A stretch of 64,000 nt of DNA, from contig NC_089433.1 in NCBI RefSeq assembly GCF_026210795.1, forward strand, positions 2,542,001 through 2,606,000, given 5' to 3'. Below are positions 13,505-26,530 of this stretch, piece after piece. The notes under the pieces are model-generated. The model saw only the letters and a program-made list of their open reading frames with translations. It ran no database searches and was not told the origin of the DNA. This DNA is from Rhizophagus irregularis. Its lineage: Eukaryota. Each line of letters opens with the position of its first letter. Position 1 is the first letter of the stretch. Both the position numbers and the translations under genes were made by a program.

Positions 13505-13830
13505 TTACTAAAAATTTACCTAAATTCACCACAATTTGCATTACGTTTGCATAAAATTACTAAAAATTTGCCTAAAATTCACCACAATTTGCACTTCGTT
13601 TGCATAGCATTACCTAAATTCACCACAATTTGCATTACGTTTGCATAAAATTACTAAAAATTTGCCTAAAATTCACCACAATTTGCACTTCGTTTGCATA
13701 GCATTACCTAAATTCACCACAATTTGCATTACGTTTGCATAAAATTACTAAAAATTTGCCTAAAATTCACCACAATTTGCACTTCGTTTGCATATCATTA
13801 CTAAAGATTTGCCTAAAATTTTCCACAATT
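13505..13830. repeat. CACTA right subterminal repeat, 94-bp dimeric unit (53+41), ~3 copies
   Basis: ATTCACCACAATTTGCA recurs at ~13524, 13577, 13618, 13671, 13712, 13765. Confidence 0.9.
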
Positions 13831-16147
13831 TAATGATAATTTACTGAAAAATTTCTCAACATTTGAATTAGGAATTCTGTAGGAATTCCGCCATTTTGAC
13901 AAAATTTGCCAAATTGTAAGACCTCCATTATCCCAAAATTGTAACACAATTTACTCCAATTTACCGGGATAATTCTCAATTTGCCAGAAAAATTCCAGGC
14001 AAATTTTGCGACAATGACATCTGTTCGACCTGTGAAATGCGTGTTGATCTTGCTGAGCATACATTATCAAAAGAAGTTGAAGATGCACTAGCAACTATTA
14101 AAGAACTTAAAAATATATCAGAAGGAACAAGAGTAAGTAATTATTAATTTATAATAATTAATTTCTTTAAAAAAAACTAATAATAATAATTTATTTTAAG
14201 GATTATATCAAATATTTACGAAAGTATCGTGAAATAATGCATAGTAAAATTAATTTTCAATCTTTAGAAGATCTACGTATCAATACTTTAAAACAAATTC
14301 GTGATTGGTTTATATGTGGTGATAAACAAAAGACAGAATCTAAAGAGTGGATTTCATCACAATGCCAATTTGATTTGGTTTTATCTATCAATGGTTTTAT
14401 TGGAATGCTTACATATATTTTAAATAAATATCCAAGTGCAATGATTCAAGCAAAAAGGATTTCACAAGATATGCTTGAGGGACTTTTTGGTACAATCCGA
14501 GAACTTGGTGGAGACTCTTTCACCCAAACACTTAAATCTTATGGACATGCCTTAAACAAATATCAAATTACAATGTTAGTTTCGTCAGAAATAAAGAGTG
14601 TTAATTATGGCAAAACAGATGGTACTGGAACTGGTATTACTACTTTAGTAAGAAGGTATGCATATGTTATAAATTATATTATTATTACATCTTTATAAAT
14701 TAAAATATTTTATTTACAATTAGAGATTATCGAAAAGATAAACAAAAAACAACAAATAATGAAGAAAATAATTACATTTATCAAAAACATTTGGTTCGTT
14801 TGGCACAAATATCATCTCTTTCTCACAATGTGTTTAAAAATCTTCTTACAGATGATTTAATTATGGGGAAAATCAAGTTTCCATTAGGACCATACTATAA
14901 AAATGTTGATCAGGAAAATATTAGAATTTTTCGCCTACAGAGTGAACGCCACCAACTTATAGAAACCATCCTTTATCAGGATTCTATTGATAAATTACTA
15001 CAAAAGTGGCAAGATATTATTAAAAATATCGCTTGTAAAGCAATTCTTAAAAAAACAGGAATTCAATGGTTAGCTACTTGGAGCTCTTACCTTGAAAATT
15101 GTCTAAATAATTTTAAATGCTCAGGAGTCTGGTATCAAGATTTTCTTATTGCATCCAATTTAAATGATTCTTCAACTAAAAGGCTCGTTGCATACTTGCT
15201 TTTACAAGAGGTTATTAAAATTACCTTTAGTGAAAAAAAGTATCAAATATCTCACAAACTCATTTAGCAGCAGACAATAATTTAAAACCAGAAAAAATTA
15301 TTGTCTTGGAATCATCTGAGGCGTCAAAATTTTCCTACATCATTGGGTGGATTGTTTATAAGTTAACAAAGAATGACAATATAACAAAATCGCGTCCTGA
15401 ATTTGAAGCAATTAAAACTCACCTTATGACTCTAAATTCAGAACAAGTTGTTTATGAACAGGATGTTCGATCTCAAACAACGAATGTGATTCCCGGTCTG
15501 AAGTTTTTAGAATTTATGTATAAAATAGAATCATTAGTGTTATTATTATTTGAAAAGCATACAGAATTTAGACCCAATATTCTTCAATATATACACAATA
15601 GCTTATTATGTAACTTACCATTGTTAGAAAATTTTAACACACTCATCAATATCTCTACTCAGATGCTTTCCACGTGTGACTCTATAAATATAACAAAATA
15701 CGAGTTAAAAGATGATGCTAGAGAATTTCTTTATGAAAGAATTATTATTATTTATATGAAAAGTAGACAAAAATCCTGGCAAAAATTCAATGATCTCATC
15801 CCCGAAAAAGGAACCTCAAGCCTTAGGGAAAATCTTAAAGCTATGCGTAATGATACTGAAAATAACATACCTACTTTAATAAAAAAGTCCAACTTACCAA
15901 AAGATCCTATGCTTGGTTTGGTGCAACTTCAAATCTGGGCACAGTTGGATGGTGCTGAAGGATTATTCTCAAAATTGTTTCTAGTGAGTGAGTTACAATG
16001 GTTACTTTGGGCATTTGGAGATAATATAAATAACAAAAGAAAAAAGAGTTTAATACCTTTAATTTTAGAACACCTGAAAAAGGGTACTTCTTTTTCCAAA
16101 GAAGCTATATCAAAGGGTCAAATATTTACAGTTTGAATTATAGAATA

Positions 16148-18348
16148 CAGTCGCCACTGGTTATAACGAACCTGTTTGTACCGAAAACTGTTTGTACTGA
16201 ACCAAGTCCCACAGAACCGATTTTTCTATAATTAATCACACTGGATGTAACAAAATCACATAATAAATTACCATATATCGCATCTGAACTTATTGTAACC
16301 AGTCCAAGTATATCAATTACATATTTAGTATAACAAACTGTCACGTGACTTTAATTAATAATATAAAAGTATGAACGCGTTATCGTTAGTCGCGTTGTAC
16401 GGTTTTACCGGAAAAAAATTTTTCCGTTTAGTTTTGGATAAATTTTCAAAAATACCGATAATGTCAACAAAAAGAAAGAGAGTTAACCTTTCCGCTGGTC
16501 AAAAGCGCAAGATTTGTGAAATGAAGGAAAGAGATCCGCACATTCAAAATGTTGAACTTGTGCAAAAATATAACGTTGGAAAGTCAACAATTACTGACAT
16601 TTTGAAAGAGAGTGAACGTTGGCTTACAATTACAGAAAGTCAAGAGAATGTTAAAAAATTTCGTGAACCAAAGTGGCCTCAACTTGAAGACGCGCTTGGC
16701 CTTTGGGTTGATAATGCACTTAATACTAAACAAGATATTGATGGCAATATCTTAAAAATGAAGGCAAGTTATTTTGCTGAACAGTTTTCTATAGAAGATT
16801 TTCATCATTCAGAGGGTTGGTTAGGTGGCTTTAAAAAACGGCATAGTTTGTGTCAGTTTAAAAAGCAGGGTGAGGCTGAAAGTGCACCTTCTGCTGAATC
16901 AATAGAAAGAGATCGTCTTGCTCTTCAGCAGTTCCTTACAACTTATAATCCTGAAGACATTTGGAATGGCGATGAAACTGGCCTATTCTGGAAGATAGAA
17001 CCTTCTAGAGTTTTGGCACGCAATTCTTTATCAGGCCATAAAAAAGAAAAATCCCGAGTTACAATATTTTGTGCAACAAATGCAACTGGTAGTGAAAAAA
17101 TGACATTAACCTTTATTCATAAATACAAAACACCTCGTGTCATGAAAAATATTAATCATAAAAATCTTCCAGTTCATTATTTTTGGAATAAAAAAGCATG
17201 GATGCAAGTTAGTATTTTCAATGATATTCTCCTTAAACTCAATGAAATAATGAGAAGAAAAAATTGAAAAATTGTTTTTTTAGTTGATAACGCTCCAGTA
17301 CATATTATTTTAGATGAAACTCAAGAAAAGTTGGATAGTATAGATGTAAAATTCCTTCCATCAAACATTACTACTAAACTTCAACCTTGTGATGCAGGAA
17401 TAATTCATTCATTCAAGTGCTATTACAAACGTCTCTTTCTTCAAAATCGGATTAATGCATATGATGATGTGCAGGATGGTATTGTGGAAGAACTTGCAGA
17501 TTATACTATTTATGATGCTCTCCAGAATGCGGCTGAAGCATGGTCAATGGTAACTTCTCAAACTATCTCAAACTGTTGGAAAAAAACAGGTATCCTCCCA
17601 CAAAGTGATGAATTTGAAGAATTTTCTGATGATAATGATTCGGTACTTTCTGATAGGTATAAATTTTTTTAATATATTTGAATTTTAAATATTTTTAATT
17701 AACTCTTAAAATCAATTCTTTTTTTAGTTTTGATATAGAAATCAATGAACTTGAGGTGTTGATTTCTCAGTTTTCAAAAAGTGATCTTAATGCATATGAA
17801 TATCTTCATATTGAGGACGAGATACCAGAGGGTGGGCTTACTGATCATGAAATAGTTGATACTATTCGAAATGCAAATAGGGAAGAGGAAAATGTGGTGG
17901 ATGAGATTGAATTAACGCATATAATGGAGAAAATAAATCTGACAGAGGTAGAAAAGGCTATAGATAAAACCATAAGATTTTTATATAAACAAGGACCAGA
18001 ATTCGAGGAAGTAAATGAAGAGTTGAAAATTTTAAGGAGATTGCATAAAAAAGTGAAGGTATTGATTGTAAAAAATTTAAAACAGGTTGATCTTCATTAC
18101 TTTCGATACGATAATGTTATTTGAATAAACGTTAAAGTTAATATTGTCGCACAAAATTAAATAAAATTGTATTACTGTAGTACATTATAAAATTAAAATA
18201 ATTATAAAATATCATGATCTATAATTTTATTGGATAAAATTTATATACCGAACAGTTCGGTATATAACATAAATATTACATATCAAATTCATTATATACT
18301 GAACCAAATCTCTTGGAACGGAAGGTTCGTTATAGCCAGTGGCGACTG
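16148..18348 (+). mobile_element. pogo/Tigger-like Tc1-mariner transposon
   Basis: TIR CAGTCGCCACTGGTTATAACGAACCT / AGGTTCGTTATAGCCAGTGGCGACTG flanked by TA on both sides. Confidence 0.95.
16461..18124 (+). pseudogene. Tigger/CENP-B-like DDE_1 transposase with one premature stop
   Basis: CENP-B-type HTHs (MSTKRKR..VGKSTITDIL; SEGWLGGFKKRH), NGDETG, LVDNAPVH, LQPCDAGII. TGA at 17265. Intron ~17657-17727. Confidence 0.92.
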
Positions 18349-18368
18349 TAGTTGTTAATGAAGTCTAT

Positions 18369-18592
18369 TAGTGCTTCGATCCGGATGAAAACTTGAATAT
18401 TTTCATGTGACGATTATGGCTGAGAAAGATTATGAATTTCAGATTTAAACAGACTATAATTTAAACCAACATTAAAGTATTATTATCCCAAAAATTTATA
18501 CTAATTCTGGCCAAACTCATAGTGCCAGCGAAATTTAATGAAATTCAATCTGGATGAAAATCCGGATAAAACCGCTACGGATCGAAGCACTA
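18369..18592. mobile_element. hAT-type MITE
   Basis: TIR TAGTGCTTCGATCCG / CGGATCGAAGCACTA. Exact 8-bp TSD AAGTCTAT. Confidence 0.93.
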
Positions 18593-20499
18593 AAGTCTAT
18601 TATCCAAATATTTGGTATATAAATAAAAAATAACATTAAAACGGTGCTTAAAGTAAATTGCTACAATAAATTAGCTTATTCCAAGGAAAAAAATAACAAT
18701 TTACAAAAGCTATAGTGACTCAATTGAAATAAAACAACTTTTCCTATATAGACCTAACTTGAGTAATCTTAGTTTTTAAGATCGGCTGCTTTTCTATGAA
18801 TGCGCGTCGAAAAAAAATTAAAAAAAAGTAAAAATTTGCGCAATTTTATAGTAGATTTCGATTGTGTAACCAATTTATGGTGGCGACAGTTCTGGTTATT
18901 ATTGATCAGTCTGTGTAACCTATGAGTTGGCCTCCCCGTTTATTTATCTAACCCCTAGGTTATGCAATATAAATTTATTTATACAGGGTAGTCTAAACAT
19001 TACAGTTATACATAAAAACAATTATTATATAATATAGAGCATAGCGGACATCTTTACTTTATCACAATTTTATCAATCATTTGTCAATTATTTATTCAAT
19101 TTTATCACTTCGTTATAATTACTTTGGTTGAAAATCCTACATAATAATAATTTTACAGACAATTTAACATTCATTTAAATTTACTGCATATTAAATTTAT
19201 CAAAAAAAATTCTTTAAACAGTTAATAAAGTTTTACAAATTTTGTCTATATATGTATTTTAATAATATTCATAAACATTTGCTCAATGATAACTTTTTGA
19301 TTACCTAAAATTCTACATGATTATTTTGGCTATTGATTCTTGAATACCTAAATAATATATTTTAAAAATTTCAAGTTTCGCTCATAAATCTGTGGCTTCG
19401 CCCGAAGCTCTAAAGTCAAATTAGCAGATAATCAGCAAATATAGGCAAACATCAAATTATTGAAAATTTCAGTTTAAGGTTAATTTTAACAATATAATTT
19501 TTTTTATTTTTCATAAATTATACTACTAAAAAGACATTAGATGACACAAAGTGGTAAAAATGGTTTTCATGGTCTGGCCGGGTCAGTTTTGTTAAGTCTT
19601 AAAAAAAAATTTTTTATATTATTACTATGCCGGGTAAGAATTTTTTAAAAATTGAAAAAAAATTTCGCATATAAAATTTTTGAAAAAAAAATTAAAAGCC
19701 AGGTTGCCAGATTATTGATGAAATTTTTATATTATGAAAACCATAAAATCAAGTTTGTATGGCCTTAGTATAGTTTGGCTAAGAATTTTATGGCTTTAAC
19801 CATAGCTTCAAAATTAATGTGACATGATATCGATGAATGATCGGCAAAGTGATAAAAGCATGTTCGCTATGTTATAGTATAGATGATATATATATATAAA
19901 TAATAAATAATCAAGTTTCTTTTATAATTAATTTAAAATTAATCTGGTTATTATGGTAACTATGGTGCTATTGTAATTGCAAAAACTTTAAGAAAGCTAT
20001 TTATTGATACTAAAATTTTAATAAAATCTCTAACAATACCACAAATACCAATGAAATTATATCTGCCGATTTGTGAAATTTGCTGATCATTAGTTATATG
20101 GCGCAGTACCAATTAAAATCAATCAAAACCCATTTTTATGTAAGAAAAAATGTCAAAAATATATAAAAAAACTTTTAAAACTCTTCCAAAATATTTATCT
20201 CTTTAACTCGAAACTAGTAGAAGGAGTTTCTAGAAAAAAAAGGAAAAAAATATTATAAAGTTAGTTTATTAAAAAAAAACAAAAGAAAAACTTTACAAAA
20301 TTCAGAATATTTAATATGTAAAGTCAAAAACAATATTCAAAATCCACTTTTTTTCCTTAAGTAAACTTGCAAAGCAAATAAAAATACACTTATATTATGA
20401 TTTTAAAGTTTCTATTAATCTTCTTTATAAAAAATTATTCTAATTAAAATTACACCGAATCACGTGATTTATATAGTTGTTTCTAAAATTCAATTGGCA

Positions 20500-21170
20500 A
20501 ATCCAAAATCCGAAATTACGAAATCATAATTAATTACATAATTACGAAATTAATTACGTATTCCAAAATTCCAAAATTTGCATAATAGTGCGAAATTGCA
20601 AATATCTCGGGATCTAGTTATCAGATTTCAATGATCTTACTACCATTCGATTCGTCTCATCAAGACGAATCTAATAATATGTGTTTTATTTCTATAGCAC
20701 TGATATTGATGGAGTAAAATTACTATAAACATTTAATGAATTTTGGTGTCAGAGCATGATCTAGTGATTAGGTTTGAATGAATTTACTACCATTCGATTC
20801 GTCATGATGAGACGATTCTAATGGCGGTAAGATCATCTTTCTAGCATTGAAATTGACAGAGCTATTATGCTATAAATATTTAAAAGTTATTGGTATTGAA
20901 GCGCGATTTAGTGATTGGATTTATATGATCTTACTACTGTTAGAATCGCCTTATCGAGACGAATCAAATGGTAGTAAGATCATCCAAAACGGATTACTGG
21001 GTGCCAAGTTATTATTTATTAAAGTTTATATATATAAATCGGCCAAAATTAAGGCTAATTCTGGCCAAATATTTTCGTAATACAAAATTAATTATGGAAT
21101 TACGGAATATGGAGTTTTTCTAATGAATTACTTAATAATTACAGAATTACGTAATTACGTATTTCAGGAC
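20500..21170. mobile_element. Degenerate MITE-like element with ATTACG terminal repeats and three internal palindromes
   Basis: Clusters of AATTACG at both ends and three CATTCGATTCGTC..GACGAATC modules. Termini and TSD not resolved. Confidence 0.5.
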
Positions 21171-22508
21171 CCCGGAAAATACTTATCAGTTAGGGGAAAT
21201 CCGACACGCAAATCAATTTTATAATTGATTAAATTTTGTGTAACCATAATCAAAAATTCACTCCTAAGCCAATCATCAAAAATTTCAACACATCGTACTA
21301 TATAAATATATAAACCTTGATAGACCATCATGTGTTCTATCGATTTTTATCGTCATTTTCTTATTTCAACAACATACTTCTCTTTTTATATTTTACAGAA
21401 CTTTTGTTTTAAAAACAAGCTTTTTCAAGATCCAAGTTGAAATAACAAGAAGTAAGTGATTTTGACGGTAGAGTTATATGTAATTTTATGAGAAGAAAAG
21501 GTTTTTCTAAGCTTGTTATGGTGGTTGTCCAGGCAGTTATTGAGTAAAAAGCAAATAATAAAAAAAAAATAGTAATTTTCGTTATAAAAAAGACTATTTA
21601 GCAACTTATTTCGGTTCTTTTTCAAGTGCAACAAGTTCTATATTCTAATATCGTTCCTTTTCATACATATTTTATGTTTTGATGTCTTCTTTCCAGACGG
21701 GATAATAAGGATAGTAAGTTCTTTTTTTACACTTTTCTTTCTTTTTTTGCTTTATTTTTTAAAAAATTTCTCACTATTTTTTTTTACCTTTTTTTTTATT
21801 TTTATTTTATTTTTTTTCTAAAAAAACTTTCTAATTCTTTTTTTTTTAGATTTCTCCTGATTATGATGGCTTTAGTATAAAATATTTAAAAAAGTAAGTT
21901 GTATGACGCGTTATAGACAAGATAGATCCCTTTTTTTGCTTTTTTATTTAACTTTCATTCTTTAAAAATTTTCTTTCTTTTTTTTCTTTTTAGTTTTTTT
22001 TATTTTGATGACTTTAATCAAGAAAATTGTCTTGTAGTGCTTGGCTTTTTCTAGGCAGGTATGTCTTTTTTTTTTAATTACTTTTTCTCCAATTTTTTTT
22101 TCGTTAGCGTTGATTTTTTATTTTAATTTTTTTTTCCATTAACATTAATTTTTTTTTGTTTTTATCTTCTTAGATGTCTTATAATTTTAAGTTTCTTTAA
22201 GTATGGTTAGGAGTTATTTTCAGACGAGCAGTAATCTTCAACTCTTTCTTTTGTGATTGTGGCGAATTTTACTTAATTATATTTTTATGGTTTAGTAGTA
22301 GCAAGGTGTTCTTACTAGCCGTTAGTTTTTTCATTTAAGATATGTATATTTTAAAAAAATTAATAAATAATATAAATAATTTTTTAATATTACGTTCAAG
22401 TTTTTTTTTTGTGCAAATGAAAAAATAATTTTATTAAATATTAAGCATACATAATACTCAGCATGATGCTGAATCAGATGTAATCTATGTACCTATATTC
22501 AAGTATTA

Positions 22509-25500
22509 TTATTTTATATTTTCGCTTTTATTAATTATCCTATTCCTTTTCACTTCCACTTCCTCTATCTTTACCTCTTCCTCTTCTTTTGCCTCTACCT
22601 CTTCCTCTATCTCTTCCTCGTCCTCTTCCTCTACCTTTACCTCTTTTATTTTCTTTTTCTTTTCTTTTTCTTCTCTTTCTTCTTCCTTTTTTTCCTTTTT
22701 CATTCTAGCAATTTCAGCAACTGTAATTCGGTAGAGCTCCGAACGAGTCAAGTCGAGTCGAGTTATATGTAAACTCGATTCGACTTGAGTTAAATCGAGT
22801 CAAGTCGAGTCGAGTTAAAATTATAAAAATATAAACTCGACTCAATTCGAGTCGAGTTGGCCCGTCAAACCGAATCGAGTCAAGTCGAATTAAATCACGT
22901 GATTTTATTCGGCTATGCCGATCATTTTTTTTTGGCGATAGCCGTTCCACAAATTTCCATTTTTGTGATTTTCAAAAAAATTTCGTCTCAGATTTTGTGT
23001 AACATAATTTTCAAAAAAGGAAATTCCATAAATTTGGCCAGAATTATGTTTAATTCGGCTTAACTCGACTCGACTCGATTTTATTAAATTATTAACTCTA
23101 TTCAAATCGATTCGATTTGATTATAATTTTCAACTCGACTCGACTCGACTCGACTAACTCGCGAGTCAACTCGACTCATTTCGGAGCACTATAATTCGGT
23201 TTATATTTCTTGCTCTTCTTCCAACAGTTGTATAATCTTCTGTTAAAAGAATTTCTTGGTCAATTATTGATTGTAATCTTTTGATACCAATATCATATAC
23301 AGTAACTAATTGATTGATTTCTTCTTGATTTAAATTTTTACAGAACTCAAATATTGGATGATTAAAAGGATCTAATGATTCAAAAACATCAATTAATAAA
23401 TGTGCAAGTTCCCAAACTTTATTTTTTCGAGATTGAACATTACGTTGTTGAGAACTTTTAACATTATCACCAATATAATCACAAAGCAGCATGTCAGTTC
23501 GATCCTTTTCTAATTGTGTAGCTCTAATTCTTAACTTTAATTCTTCTTTATCTGTTGAAATTCGTGTTATATTTTGTTTTACAAATTTGACACCAAATGT
23601 TTCTAAAGCCTCATCATAGGCAAAAAAATGCCCAGGATTTGTTAAATTTACAGGCGGTGCTGTGCGAAGCATTGCACGAAGTTGAGGATTATTTTCTACA
23701 CAGTAAAGGTGATAGGTTACAGATCTGGCATAATTTGACTTGCCAGCAATAGGAAACAATGGTGAAAAAGCTTTTAAACTTTCATGCTGTAAGTCAAATA
23801 CACCCTAACGAATTCCAAACCAATGTGCTCGCCAATAACTAGCCCATTGAAAATATAAGTACCAAACTTTAATAATGTTATTTTCTTTTAAAATATTATT
23901 TAATGTTTCTTTTTTTCTTTTTACATATAAATTAATTGCAATACCAACTGAAACCCAAATCAGTTCTAATACTCTTGAAGTTGCTCTAAAATCTACACAT
24001 TTTTCTAATTTATCCAAAAATTGCACACCCAATATTCCTGCCATATTAAATATTTCATACCCCGAAAAAATTGTGATTAATGTAGACATCATATCCTTAT
24101 TTGTATGCCATTGTCCAAGAATCATTTTTGTTTTTTCATTTTTTTTACAATAACTAATACTTCTTCTAAAAATTGCTTCATCTGCAACAACATTAATATA
24201 TTCTGAATCAATTTCATTTTGATACATTTTTAAACATTCATGTACAGCAAGATCATTTGATGGTGGATCACCGGCATCAAGAATAATAATATTAGGAGAG
24301 GGAAAATCACAACCAATTTTATAATATATCATAATCTGATTACGTATATCATATCCATCAAAATTTGTCTGATATGTAAAAGTATTTTCATCGAATGCAA
24401 GTAATTTTTCAAAAACTGAATTAAAAATATTTAATATTTGTTCAGAATAAGAATTTTGTCCAAAAAGTAATGGTTGTTGATTTTGTGCTCTTTCTTGTAA
24501 TTCAAGAGTATTAAGTGATTCAGGCATTTGAAATTGAAATAACATACGCAGAATAGCATGTGAATGTCCTCTAGTTGCATCAAATATATTTTCATAACCA
24601 AATGTAGATTTCTTAAAATCCACATTATCTATTATACCAAGATTCCAAATATTTTCATTATAATGAATCCGGTCTGTTGGATTTGCTAATAATGCACGAA
24701 TTTTCTCCAAATTACGCTCATGTCTTAAAGTATGACTAGTAATATTAACTATATTTAAAATTTCTTGTAAAGATGATAGAAGTTTTGGTTTACGACAAAG
24801 ACTTGCCATTGTTCAAGGTAACCAGATTTTCCATCCTTTAAATGCAATATTTAAAATTATTGAAACAAAAAAGGTTATCTGTTTAGTAATTTTTTCATAA
24901 TTTAATGGTTTAGGTTGTTGTTTATAATATTTTTTTTGTCGATCTAATTTTCTTTTTTTTGTCTCATATAAAGTTGTTAAAAGACCATCATAAAATTGCA
25001 CTAAACATAGAGGAAATGTTGCACGATATTCTTCTAAAGAAGCAGGTGCTTCAAGTGACTTTTTGTGTGCTTTTAATTTATGCTTTGCAAGTATTGTTGA
25101 ATTTGCCAATACCTTTCCAAATTCAAAGAAATGTTTTGGTGTAAGATTTTTAGGATTAAGTTTTTTATGTGTATTATAATCAAATTTTACTAAAGCAAAA
25201 ATAACAAGTATTATAAATAAAGAAGGTACTGATATTGATGAAAAAGACTCGGAAGATGATAGTTCAAATGTAATGATAGATTTTTCTTGATTAATAGTAC
25301 ATAAAATAGGAACTAATTGTACTAAAACTTTTTTTTGCCAAACTAATTTAACTGAAAAAGCTACATTAAGAATTCAGTATCCAATTGCTTCTAATGCTTT
25401 TATTGTATCATTATTGTGATGTGACATATTGTCACAATTTGGATCATTCTTTACACCTTTTCCAATATGTTGATAAGTATGCCCGCCCTTATTTTCATAA

Positions 25501-26530
25501 CAATTAATACATACATAACGTGCATTTTTACTCTGTTGTGTTGAAAATACAAGAGGATGATATACTTGTAAGGCACCACATTTTTTTTGTCCTATACAAG
25601 GAACTTGAATATTTCTACCTACAATTGTATATGAATGTTCTTCACAATTAGCACCACGACTAAAAAAAATTTTATTTTTACTACAAAATAAACAACGACG
25701 ACGATGAATAATACTTTGGGTATACTTTTTAGTTTGCTTCAAATTAGCTGAATGTAGTTTATTTTGATCATACATAAAATGTGTATAACAAACTCCTAAT
25801 TGTTCAATTGTGAAATTTTTTGCTCTAACTTCTTCTTCATCAATTTGCTACATACCAATCATTTGCCAAAGGCGCCTCAAATTTGTTTTGGAATTACATC
25901 TTTGAATTTTACCCTCAAATATATCAATTATAACACATGGACTCAATGTTTCATTGTCCTGTAATTCAGAAATAACTTCATCATGTTCATCATACTCTTC
26001 TCCATGCTCTTCACCAGATTCTGTTTCAGAAAATTCATCTTCATCTTCGTTTGAGACATTTTGTTGAGCAAATTTTTTCGCATTTGCAAGTGCATCACGA
26101 TCTATTTCAAATAAAGGTTCACCATTATTCAATTCACTTTGTATAGATGATTCTTCAATTACACTTTCCTTTATTTAAAAGAATTTTAATAAAATAAAAT
26201 TTATTAAAATATAAATTAAAATTATTCTTATTTACGTTAAAAAATAAATAAAATGAAGACATTCCCATTAATACTCACCAAATCTTCTTCTAGATTTTTG
26301 TATTTACTAAAAATTTCTTCAAAATCCACTAAGTTTTTTTATAAATCCTCATATTCATCATCATTACTTATTAGGTTTTCCTCTAAATCTTCGTATTCAT
26401 TATCATCTCCACTGGAAAAGTCTTTTTTAAACTTACATATTTATTACATAAGATTTTCTCCAAATTTCATATTCATTATGAGTTTTATCCCTACCTTTTT
26501 CCATTTCCATTATGATAAATAAATCCAAAA
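22509..26530 (-). pseudogene. Academ/DUF6589-like DDE transposase with Cys-rich N-terminal region
   Basis: Motifs IIDNVDF, VVADEAIF, LGQWH, FPIAGKSNYAR, AYDEALE and several CxxC. Charged C-terminal tail. Multiple stops, plus a MITE at 22732-23191. The 5' end is approximate. Confidence 0.7.
22732..23191. mobile_element. hAT-type MITE with (GAGTC)n subterminal repeats
   Basis: TIR TAGAGCTCCGAA / TTCGGAGCACTA. Exact 8-bp TSD TAATTCGG. Excision restores NINRI-TVAEI in the host ORF. Confidence 0.95.

Larger units (their letters stand above)
6067..14034. mobile_element. CACTA/EnSpm (CMC) transposon with two divergent genes
   Basis: TIR CACAGGTCGAA...TTCGACCTGTG. 3-bp TSD AGA/AAA with one mismatch; excision restores W-S-K-M-R in the P transposase. 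Subterminal tandem repeats at both ends. Confidence 0.9.
3308..16136 (+). pseudogene. P-element/THAP9-like transposase, multi-exon, interrupted by the CACTA element at 6067-14034
   Basis: Motifs in order: RYHP..AISVYSRS..AY..LPSISTL; HDSFKIQKG (D1); CDGAGENR (D2); FISDPTHVFKKLRNN; WSK|MRVDLA across the insertion; RISQDMLEGLFGTIRELGG (E); SYIIGWIV. Premature stops at 4845 and 6036, frameshift near 15240. Start is approximate. Confidence 0.88.
2996..18958 (+). mobile_element. P-element superfamily DNA transposon with three nested insertions
   Basis: ~75-bp near-perfect TIR CTAGGGGTTAGATAAATAAACGGGG..GAACTGTC at both ends. 7-bp TSD GTTATGC at 2989-2995 and 18959-18965. Encodes a P-type transposase. 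Confidence 0.92.
2771..19883 (-). mobile_element. Non-autonomous Helitron (own sequence ~2771-2995 and 18959-19883) hosting the P-element
   Basis: On the minus strand it starts A|TCTATACTATAAC at 19883 and ends with a hairpin (CCATTGCAAAGCAACAGG) followed by CTAG|T at 2771. Inserted between A and T with no TSD, in an intron of the RTC4-like gene. Confidence 0.75.
1404..20070 (+). pseudogene. RTC4-like domain pseudogene split by nested insertions (pieces ~1404-1731, 2571-2739, ~19943-20070)
   Basis: Joined translation: ICPYCDE..LPSPLP..FEFCHAH..DGIKKGYPT|VIDFKRIENF..SFYRDNF..QIESFQ|intron|SGYYGNYGAIVIAKTLRKLF. This matches the RTC4-like pattern (CPxCD, FCxxH, GYP..IDF, GYYG). It has a frameshift and a degenerate acceptor. 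The 5' limit is approximate. Confidence 0.7.

Noticed and set aside
13009..13554. 181-aa His/Lys-rich ORF
   Set aside because: Appears to be an off-frame reading of the last exon of the CACTA second gene, running into subterminal repeats.
20097..20460. TA|TGGCGCAGTACC as a possible Tc1-like TIR
   Set aside because: No matching inverted copy found in the window.
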